The notes under the pieces were generated by a model that saw only the letters and a list, made by a program, of their open reading frames with translations, did not search any database and had not been told where the DNA came from. Positions 49,576-57,172 of a stretch of DNA of 64,000 bases are shown piece after piece. Source of the DNA: an uncultured Methylomirabilota bacterium (GTDB lineage: Bacteria; Methylomirabilota; Methylomirabilia; Methylomirabilales; 2-02-FULL-66-22); contig OY970067.1 of the NCBI GenBank assembly GCA_963705305.1, positions 800,001 through 864,000 on the forward strand, given 5' to 3'. Numbering within the stretch: the stretch's first letter is position 1; every line of letters starts with the position of its first letter. The position numbers were made by a program, and so were the translations under genes.

Positions 49576-50412
49576 TCAAGAAGCAACTGATTCAATCCAC
49601 CTGATCGCCTGATACACAGCGTCGTGCGCCCGTTCCGCGGCCCCCCGATCGACCGCTATTCTTTCCCCGTGCGCTAGGCGATTGCGTATCTCGCGTACAT
49701 ACCTGTCCCATGGCTGGTACACGTCATCGCGCTCGGTCAACCGACGACCAACTGCGAGCTGCAGAAGCTCCTTGCAACGGTCTTCGATTCGCCATATGCG
49801 CCGCAGTAGGTACTCGGACAGTTCGCTGTCGTACCGCTGCCCCAAGCGCTCGGCGAGAAAGCTTTCAATAAAAGTCTCGAAGGATACCGCGTAGTCAAAC
49901 AAGCCGGTTTTGTACAATCCGTTGCTCACTTGCGTGATAGCGCTATAGAAGTGAATATACCAGGTGGGCAGAGCTTCGATGTCGATGAGACCATAGATGA
50001 GCCAATTAACCCTTACGGGTTCAGACGTAAGCGATCGCCCAGGCCACATCGAGGACACCACTGTCATCTGATTGCCTTGCAGGAATACCTCCTTAGCCAC
50101 AATAGGCGAACCCACGGGCGTAAAGTACACTTTGCACGGAAAGTCGATCCGCCGGCTGAACTTCACCTCGGCCGCCGTCCCGGGGAGTAGCGCCAAACTC
50201 CCCCCTTCCGAATAGTTCGAGGCAGCGCCAAGGCGAACAAACTCGTTGCCCGAAAGGATCTGTTGATCGCGGGGCGACTCGACCGCGAACTTATGTTTGC
50301 ACTCGCAGTGCACGAAGACCTCTCCACCCTCCATTGATGACTGGAATCCCTCCTCTCCTGGGCGGCCCCTTCGACCACAAGAGCTACATTGTAGCGGCTC
50401 AATAAACATCAT
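49576..50412 (-). CDS. cassette 5: zinc ribbon, beta-rich middle and HEPN-like domain protein
   Basis: CSSC...CEC; C-terminal FETFIE...RNRLAH. Confidence 0.8.
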   Translation of the reverse strand: MMFIEPLQCSSCGRRGRPGEEGFQSSMEGGEVFVHCECKHKFAVESPRDQQILSGNEFVRLGAASNYSEGGSLALLPGTAAEVKFSRRIDFPCKVYFTPVGSPIVAKEVFLQGNQMTVVSSMWPGRSLTSEPVRVNWLIYGLIDIEALPTWYIHFYSAITQVSNGLYKTGLFDYAVSFETFIESFLAERLGQRYDSELSEYLLRRIWRIEDRCKELLQLAVGRRLTERDDVYQPWDRYVREIRNRLAHGERIAVDRGAAERAHDAVYQAIRWIESVAS

Positions 50413-50428
50413 GTCTCCGCCTGTTGGC

Positions 50429-50527
50429 GTCTAATGCTGCGCTTCACCCGCGGCCCGCCCGATTGAAACCGCAACCCGACGGAGTCGCGCGTCAGCGCGG
50501 GCCGTCGGGTGCAAGCGTGAGTTAGGT
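50429..50527 (-). repeat. attC site 4 (R' core ATTAGAC, G to A)
   Basis: ACCTAAC...long palindrome...ATTAGAC. Confidence 0.8.
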
Positions 50528-51244
50528 TGCCGTGTGGGCCTCTCGCTCGATCAAAGCCCGAGGGCCCACGAGGGCGAAGACGAATAGCGGCACTATCTTC
50601 CTTCCGCGCGGGGCGGCCAGCTGAGGCCCATCGTAGAAGGCGAGCTCCCACATCGATAGGGCTGGGCTGTCCTTGTTACGCGCGGCCGTGTAGACGAACC
50701 CACCATCCGCGTATCGTCGAATCACGGTGTACTCTAGCCCGCAACTCAGGAGGATGGGCCGAAGACCATCCCTCCCCTCCGGCGGAACCATCCCCACGCG
50801 GACGTCATAGTCTTTGGGGATGAAGGCCCGCCATTCGTGCCAGCTGAGCCCGCGCACAATGAGATCGAAGAGCTCCTCGAACTCCTCGCCGTGACCTGGA
50901 AACATCCCGCTAGGCAGGAGCAAACCGCTCGGCATCTCCCGCCAGATTGGTCGCATGCTATCGAACACGCTTCGGCGAAGGGCCGCATTCTTCGCAAGGC
51001 GGTTGGTCAGGGCCCGGGAGCTGATCTCCACCGCTACTGGATGGTCTGATGCCAGCGGGAGCAGCGCTGTGAACACCGTCTCGAGCCGACCCTTGCGGGA
51101 GTTGCAGGCATCGCACGCCGGGACCTGCGGGAGGTTTGCCCGCCGGCGCTCGGCGAAGAACTCACGGGCGATCACGTGATCCCGTCCAGTCGCGAGCGCC
51201 TCGACGCAGTACACGCAGATTTTACCCTTGTACTTCTTACTCAC
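50522..51244 (-). CDS. cassette 4: HNH endonuclease domain protein
   Basis: CVYC...DHV...VPACDACNSRK. Confidence 0.85.
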   Translation of the reverse strand: MSKKYKGKICVYCVEALATGRDHVIAREFFAERRRANLPQVPACDACNSRKGRLETVFTALLPLASDHPVAVEISSRALTNRLAKNAALRRSVFDSMRPIWREMPSGLLLPSGMFPGHGEEFEELFDLIVRGLSWHEWRAFIPKDYDVRVGMVPPEGRDGLRPILLSCGLEYTVIRRYADGGFVYTAARNKDSPALSMWELAFYDGPQLAAPRGRKIVPLFVFALVGPRALIEREAHTAT

Positions 51245-51268
51245 ATGGTGCCCTCGGTGCGATGTACA

Positions 51269-51379
51269 ACCTAACGTCGCGGCGCTCTGCTGCGGCGTTC
51301 GCTAATAACGGCGGCAGGCGGCCGCAGGCCGCCAGCCGCTTCCGCACCCAACGCCATCAGCAGCAGCGCCTCGTTAGAC
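51269..51379 (-). repeat. attC site 3
   Basis: GTCTAAC...GTTAGGT with internal inverted repeat. Confidence 0.88.
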
Positions 51380-51886
51380 ACCCTGCGGGCGAAGCTCAAG
51401 CTGCGAACGCTCACGGCCGGCACGTACCGCATCGGAATCTGCACGGGTCTGCTGGCCTTCAAGCAATTGCACGTAGGAGCTCGGCAAGCGATGCCACCGC
51501 GCCCCCGCGATTACCAGGTCCCGATACCAATCGTACGGTAGAATGTCGGCGCTGATCGACGTGGCCTTGTAGGTCGTGGCCTCAACCTCGGTGCCGTCAA
51601 TCTCGACAGTGACGGCGGAGCGTTCGTAACCCATCCCCGCGCCTTCAATCCTATCGAGAATTGGGAGCTTCGAGGCATCGAGTTCATATAAGATGCCAAA
51701 GACCTCGCTTCCATCTTTGCGAACGATGTCGCATTTGCCCGAGCCGTCCTCCGACCGCTTGTGCCAACGCAGTACGTACCCGCCCAGTCGGGCGACGCCG
51801 ATCGGGCGAACGCGGCCAACCCGGCATTCCAGGCGCGGCTGCCATAGATTCGAACCGTACGCGAAATAGTGCACCGAAAGGTCCAT
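51374..51886 (-). CDS. cassette 3: gamma-glutamylcyclotransferase family protein
   Basis: YFAYGSNL, LDRIEG, Y...GA...LP..Y. Confidence 0.9.
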   Translation of the reverse strand: MDLSVHYFAYGSNLWQPRLECRVGRVRPIGVARLGGYVLRWHKRSEDGSGKCDIVRKDGSEVFGILYELDASKLPILDRIEGAGMGYERSAVTVEIDGTEVEATTYKATSISADILPYDWYRDLVIAGARWHRLPSSYVQLLEGQQTRADSDAVRAGRERSQLELRPQGV

Positions 51887-51891
51887 GGTGT

Positions 51892-51954
51892 GTCTAACGT
51901 GCTTAATCAGCCGCCGGCCGCTCTTGGCCGGTCGGCTGCATTAAGGGGTTAGAT
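51892..51954 (-). repeat. attC site 2
   Basis: ATCTAAC...palindrome...GTTAGAC. Confidence 0.9.
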
Positions 51955-52841
51955 GGCTGTTGCGCGTTCATCCGCGAGGCCAAGAATTCCTCGTGTAGGT
52001 GTACGAGTCGTTGGACGCGCTCATGCAGGTCTGGAAGCTTTTCTGCAACGGCGTTTCCCGCGGGCCCGATAATCTCGGAGAAGAATTCACCAAGGGTGAC
52101 GATCGTTAGATGGGCTACGGTCGTTAGTAACTGGGGACGGGGCGGGTGCCACTCGAAATCCGGTAAGAACCCGTCATCCTCAGCCTCAAGGTGGTACTCA
52201 AGCAAGTCTCGCCAGTTCCCATGAACGGAATGAGACGGACCCGCGAACGCACCTAAGTACGCCTCCTCAAAGCCCACATCCTGCGCCTTCTCAAACAGGT
52301 TTTTTCCTGCCCAGTTCTTCGGCGGATCGATACGATCAAGATCCACGCCGGAATCTTTCGCTGATCTGTCGATAGAGGCCAGCATCCTTTTCTCGATCGG
52401 CCATACTTCACCGCCTCGCGCAGCGATATTCGCGCGAATCCTGTCGCGGAGCCGTTTCTCGTGCCCCATTGAATGTTCAATATAGGACTGTACGATCTCA
52501 GGCCGATCGTTCTTGATGAGGAACATCGTGTTCACGATGCATTCAAAAGCGAGCCGCGCAAAAATGAACGAAGTCTCTCGTCTGTGCTGACACGTTTGGT
52601 CCAGTAAAGCCGAAATAAGCTTGTATAAGCGGACCAGATGCCCTACCAGAACGGCCTCGTGTCGATTCCAAACCTTCCGTGCCGGCGGGACGATATTCGC
52701 GGCGATGCACACATATGAGCCTGCCTCAATCAAGAGCTCGACACTTAGGCCGATGTACTCGTGCTCGCTCTTGAAGGTGCGAACGACAGACGGGTCCACT
52801 TCGACCTTTTTGACCGCCGGTACGTTGCTAGAAACGGTCAT
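51903..52841 (-). CDS. cassette 2: helical hypothetical protein (DUF5677-like)
   Basis: ARLAFE and SHSVHG patterns; ORF reads into attC2. Confidence 0.75.
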   Translation of the reverse strand: MTVSSNVPAVKKVEVDPSVVRTFKSEHEYIGLSVELLIEAGSYVCIAANIVPPARKVWNRHEAVLVGHLVRLYKLISALLDQTCQHRRETSFIFARLAFECIVNTMFLIKNDRPEIVQSYIEHSMGHEKRLRDRIRANIAARGGEVWPIEKRMLASIDRSAKDSGVDLDRIDPPKNWAGKNLFEKAQDVGFEEAYLGAFAGPSHSVHGNWRDLLEYHLEAEDDGFLPDFEWHPPRPQLLTTVAHLTIVTLGEFFSEIIGPAGNAVAEKLPDLHERVQRLVHLHEEFLASRMNAQQPSNPLMQPTGQERPAAD

Positions 52842-52864
52842 GTTGCAGAGCCTGAATCACAGCC

Positions 52865-52927
52865 ATCTAACGGGAAGTTGAGCGGGAGCCCGCAGTATGG
52901 GCGATCCGCTCCAACACCTAGTTCGGC
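52865..52927 (-). repeat. attC site 1
   Basis: GCCGAAC...palindrome...GTTAGAT. Confidence 0.9.
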
Positions 52928-52929
52928 AA

Positions 52930-53241
52930 TCATCTTTTCTTGATCTCTTCCGAGGACGGAAAATCCTGGTATCCGGCGTACATCGCGTAGCCGACATAAT
53001 CCACGTATGGGACGAAGCCAACCCGATTGGCGTACGAGGAGAATCGACCTTTCCGCCATGACTTCTTGCTTAAGCACGTGATCAGCCGATTGTCACTCTT
53101 GATCTCGCCCAAGTACCATCCATCAGGTCCATAGACCTCGTCATCATGAAAATGGCCGACATGCTGACCGTCGTGGGTCCAGAGTTCGTCCCCGTCACGA
53201 TGGCCAAAGAAGGTGCCACCCCATGTCCACAGATGTTTCAT
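52930..53241 (-). CDS. cassette 1: small beta-hairpin repeat protein
   Basis: Repeats LWTWGGTFFG / LWTHDGQHVG / VYGPDGWYLG; GAGGAG RBS. Confidence 0.85.
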   Translation of the reverse strand: MKHLWTWGGTFFGHRDGDELWTHDGQHVGHFHDDEVYGPDGWYLGEIKSDNRLITCLSKKSWRKGRFSSYANRVGFVPYVDYVGYAMYAGYQDFPSSEEIKKR

Positions 53242-53259
53242 GTCGTCTCATCTCCTCTT

Positions 53260-53411
53260 GCCGAACAATGAGTAGGCTGTTTCAGCCTAGCACCCCAAAT
53301 GTGACTGCCTGTCAGCCTAGCGCCCCCAGGCCACATTGCCGCGACACCTGCCGTAGCGGACAGTTAGCATACGGGACTGGGGCGGGGATAATTATAGGCT
53401 GTTTCAGCCTA
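53260..53411 (-). other. candidate attI region
   Basis: GTTCGGC core at 53260-53266 is complementary to R'' of attC1. It is preceded by two copies of the palindrome TAGGCTG-N3-CAGCCTA (53273-53289, 53395-53411) and a partial copy near 53305-53320. Confidence 0.7.
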
Positions 53412-53429
53412 AACTGCCGGCTCAACCCC

Positions 53430-54590
53430 TGCAGGGCATCCATAAGGCTCCGGACCCCCAGCCCGCCCCGGTTGAGCACATGGGTGTAGATCATGGTCGT
53501 CTTGACATCCTTGTGGCCGAGGAGTTCCTGCACGGTCCGGAGGCCGGATCCCGCTTCCAGCAGGTGCGTGGCAAAGCAGTGCCGGAACGTGTGGCAGGTG
53601 GCACGCGCTGGACTCCCGGTCTTGCGCACCGCGGTCTGCACGGCCCGCTGGACGAGGGATTCATCGACATGATGGCGGCCCTGCTGGCCGGTGGCCGGAT
53701 TCCTCCAGTGCTGCTCCTGGGGAAAGACCCACTGCCAGCCCCACGTGGCAGTCGCATTCGGGTACTTCCGCGCCAAGGCGTAGGGCATGGCCACGCGCCC
53801 ATATCCCTCGGCGAGATCTCGCTGATGGATCTGGCGCACACGAGCGAGATGTTCCTGGAGCGGAGCCTTCAGGGCCTCGGGCAGCACCGTGCGCCGGTCC
53901 TGGAGCTCCTTTCCATCGCGGACCGTGATCTGACCGGCGGCGAGGTCGACCTCCTGCACCCGCAGGCGGAGTCACTCCAGCAGGCGGAGCCCCGCGCCGT
54001 AGGTGAGGCTGGCCATGAGCCACTTGTCGCCGGTCAGGTTCCCAAGGATGGCTTTCACTTCCGCGCGGGTGAGCACCACGGGGAGGGCGCTTCGGGCTCC
54101 GCGCCCGAACGACGTCCCCCAGGTTCCCGATCGGTCGGCCGAGAACATGGCGGTAGAGGAAGAGCAGCGCGCTGAGGGCCTGGTTCTGCGTCGAGGCGCT
54201 CACCTGCTCCTGTACGGCCAGATGCGTCAGGAAGGCGTTGATCTCGGGTTTGGCCATCTCGGCCGGGTGGCGGACATGGTGGAAGAAGATGAACCGCTTC
54301 ACCCAGTGGCAGTCGCTCTGCTCGGTCCGCGGGCTGTAGTGGCGGGCGCGCAGGGCCTCGCGCAGGCGGTCGAGGAGCTTGGGCTGACGACTGGGCGGGG
54401 GGGCACCGACAGGGGCGAGAACGAGCGGCGAGACGGTTACACCGGACGTCGAGAACACCCCTGAGGCTCGGGACGGCACTGCGGGCACGAGGCCAGAGGG
54501 GGGAGGGGGCTGCATGTGGGCTGGTGAGGGCGGGCGAACCGCGCCAGTGGCTCGATTCCGGTCCAGAACGCTGTCCTTGACCGCCGCCAT
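53430..54590 (-). pseudogene. intI: integron integrase, frameshift plus premature stop; ends approximate
   Basis: [36 protein letters not shown], IntI-specific ALARKYPNA...WQWVFP insertion, [28 protein letters not shown]. Extra C near 54087; TGA at 53972-53974. Confidence 0.93.
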
Positions 54591-54634
54591 CTGGCCTCCT
54601 CCATCGGGCGTCCCGGGGAGGTGTACTGGCCAGG

Positions 54635-54664
54635 AGCGTACCTCCAACGCGGGCCAGCTGTCAA
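54635..54664 (-). promoter_or_regulatory. candidate sigma70 promoter upstream of intI
   Basis: TTGACA-N18-TACGCT on the minus strand. Confidence 0.5.
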
Positions 54665-54704
54665 GGTACAGAGCGACAAAGGATTGATCGAAGTATTGAT
54701 CTCG

Positions 54705-55005
54705 TCAGGTGGCGCTTTCAGGGTCGACGTTCTCGGTGGGCTTGGGTTCGGAGTCGGTGGCGGTCCTCGCACCGGAATTCGTCTTCCGCTCGACCGGGAC
54801 AGGCGCAGGGAGTGCCCGGGCTGCCAGTGCCTCAAACCGCGCCTCCTGCTCCTGGGCCAACGCCATCGTCCCGGCGATCTTCGCGTACACATCCACCGTC
54901 AACCCGATGGTGCTGTGGCCCGCCCGTTCCTGGGTGAGCTTGGGGTGGGTGCCCGCTTCGACATGGATACTGAAGCTCCGGTTAAAATCATGCTGCCGGA
55001 CCCCC
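54705..55005 (-). pseudogene. 3' remnant of a tyrosine integrase paralogous to 57173-58702
   Basis: RQHDFNRSF..HVEAGTHPKLTQERAGHSTIGLTVDVYAKIAGTMALAQEQEAR nearly matches the C-terminus of the intact integrase. Confidence 0.9.
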
Positions 55006-55255
55006 TATAACTGGCCTGCCCTCCGAACATTGGTCCAGTGGTAAAGTGGTGCTGTCAGAGCCTAAGCAAGGCGCAACGCGACTGCCTGTCTAGTGGCAGG
55101 ATCGAGAATATTATGCAGCATGTCCCTGAATTGGGTTCGCGTTAACCCAATTTTCAGATTCCCGTTGAGGCCCTCTACGTCATGAACGCGATTTTTGGCG
55201 CCAACCAAATATGCTCTGTCGGCTCTGCAACGAGCTATTCTTGATCAATCAAGAT

Positions 55256-56305
55256 CTAGCCCAACCACCCTTTCTCGTTGAGCGTTCGCCAGGCGAGCCG
55301 AATATGTTCGGGTCTCATCATGCGCCGTTTCCGCTCGTTCCAGGACTGTACTGCATGCACAGTATCTTCGGCATTTCTCGCCGCCTTATCGTGCCTTACG
55401 ATCCAGTGGACTGTTGCGAGAAGCTCCATTCCATAGGGTGACTCGAAACCTTCGATGAGATCTGTAACCCGCTGCATTCGGCCTTGGCTCTCCTTATAGC
55501 CTCCTTCACGCTTTTCAAGGAAAGCTTTGGCCTCTTCTGCGGTTTGCGGCAGCAATTGAATTCGAGTGTCTGGTTTATTCCTTCCATCACCGAAGCCCGA
55601 CGTGTAGTGCCCCTCAAAAAGATTCAACACATGGCGCAGGTTATCGGCATACGGGCCGTAAGTTCCCTTCTTAAATTCAAGTTTGAGCGGCTCACCTGCC
55701 TCCTGAAGAAAGTACAACAGCTTATGCACTTCTAGCAGCGTAAGTTCATAGCCCAGCACGCAATACTGAGCAAGGACAGTCAAGACACTTGCACGGCTTG
55801 GAGTCATATGTGGCCGTTCCGTCCGGTTCAACATTCGTGCAGCTTCAGGAGGAGACTGAGGCGGGTAGACGAACGCCTGAATTCCAGGAAGAGCCATGAG
55901 CGCCTTGTCAATTAGCGGGAACACATTCTCCCATTGCAGACCCCCATGCCCACAGCCCAATGGTGGTAGTGCAAGGGATCGAATATTACGGCGGCGAACT
56001 TCTTCAACCAAAGCATTCAACCCAATTTGAATATCAACTAAGCGCGAACGGCCTTTCCAATGCTTTTTGGTTGGAAAATTAATAATGTATCGAGGATTAG
56101 TAAGGGTGCGGCGCTCGAAGACATGCATCTGCCCTAACTTAACGTCACCGGCCTTACAAGCCGCCTTATACGCAGCAAACATGTCCGGGAATGCCTTCTT
56201 GAACTGAAGTGCTACGCCTTTCCCCATCACACCTTCAGTGTTGACGGTATTCACGAGAGCCTCGGCGTCTGCCTCCAGCAAATTGCCTTTCTTTAGTTCA
56301 ATCAT
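55256..56305 (-). CDS. darG: DarG antitoxin (macrodomain DNA ADP-ribosyl glycohydrolase)
   Basis: LVNTVNTEGVMGKGVALQFK, INFPTKKHW, PPLGCGHGGL, C-terminal KLLYFLQ...YGPYA...GFESPYGMELLATVHW. Confidence 0.95.
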   Translation of the reverse strand: MIELKKGNLLEADAEALVNTVNTEGVMGKGVALQFKKAFPDMFAAYKAACKAGDVKLGQMHVFERRTLTNPRYIINFPTKKHWKGRSRLVDIQIGLNALVEEVRRRNIRSLALPPLGCGHGGLQWENVFPLIDKALMALPGIQAFVYPPQSPPEAARMLNRTERPHMTPSRASVLTVLAQYCVLGYELTLLEVHKLLYFLQEAGEPLKLEFKKGTYGPYADNLRHVLNLFEGHYTSGFGDGRNKPDTRIQLLPQTAEEAKAFLEKREGGYKESQGRMQRVTDLIEGFESPYGMELLATVHWIVRHDKAARNAEDTVHAVQSWNERKRRMMRPEHIRLAWRTLNEKGWLG

Positions 56306-56317
56306 CGAAATCCCCCA

Positions 56318-56941
56318 TCAGTAGTACCAATCTGCCTTGACCGCCACAGGGGGGCAATACTGCTTTGTTTGCAGCATGCTGAGGACTTTTGCTTTCGCAT
56401 TGGTATTTAGCACGCCAATCCCTTGTACCCATTGCCAAGGGAAAAACTTATATACCAAGAATTCGGCTTGCTTTCGACGTTTGCGATCAATGTCGCCAGG
56501 ACGATCATGCCAGCTATTACTCTTGATTACATTCCAGTCCACATGGTTCAAATCCTCTACTTTCTCAAAAAAGTCTGTCATAGCTTGAACGGCGTGACCG
56601 TCAGTAAAGCACCACGCATCGGTTTGCTTGGCCACAGTCTCGACAGAAGAGGTCAGATGAATGACCTGTTCCTGCCCGCCAATGTATCCTTCTACGTAGC
56701 CAGTGTGAATTGCATAGAGCATGGGGCAGCGATTGGTGAAGTAGAAGGGAACGTAATCTGCCACCACCCCTCCCGGCGCGACCGGCACTTGCTTCTTCGC
56801 TCTCCTCTCTTTGATATGCGAATGGGCAATGCAGACGGGAGAGTTCCCTGCCGCCGCCATGATAGAATCGCATGCCAAGCCACCTGCTTTCAAGATGCTC
56901 GGCAGATTCTCTACATGAGTGATGTGGTAGATGGGCGGCAT
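56318..56941 (-). CDS. darT: DarT toxin (DUF4433 DNA ADP-ribosyltransferase)
   Basis: IYHITHVENL, DYVPFYF...PMLY, FTDGHA, RRKQAEFLV; directly upstream of darG. Confidence 0.95.
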   Translation of the reverse strand: MPPIYHITHVENLPSILKAGGLACDSIMAAAGNSPVCIAHSHIKERRAKKQVPVAPGGVVADYVPFYFTNRCPMLYAIHTGYVEGYIGGQEQVIHLTSSVETVAKQTDAWCFTDGHAVQAMTDFFEKVEDLNHVDWNVIKSNSWHDRPGDIDRKRRKQAEFLVYKFFPWQWVQGIGVLNTNAKAKVLSMLQTKQYCPPVAVKADWYY

Positions 56942-57086
56942 AGCCGACCGCAGAGCTGAAAAACATCAGACATCGGAATGAGACTCGTCGGCAGCAAGTC
57001 GCTGCCATACAACCGGAACGATCGGGGGAGCCCCGTGCATTCATAGAGGCAGAGCGTCTCCTGTTTGGGGCAGTTCCGTATCTGTG

Positions 57087-57116
57087 ATGTTACCCCAGAC
57101 AGGTTAGATGTGTCAA
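57087..57116 (-). promoter_or_regulatory. candidate sigma70 promoter for darTG
   Basis: TTGACA-N18-TAACAT on the minus strand. Confidence 0.6.
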
Positions 57117-57172
57117 GCATCCTTTGAGAATCAATGTCTTACCTCTGTTCTTGTCTCTCGTTACAGCACTTT

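Noticed and set aside
44875..52927. Regularly spaced palindromes as a possible CRISPR or REP array
   Set aside because: Repeats differ in sequence and length, are separated by whole genes and have AAC...GTT-type ends, so they are attC sites; no CRISPR array or cas gene was seen
53972..53974. In-frame TGA at a Cys position in intI as selenocysteine or recoding
   Set aside because: The gene also has a frameshift and degraded motifs; a TGC to TGA nonsense change is simpler
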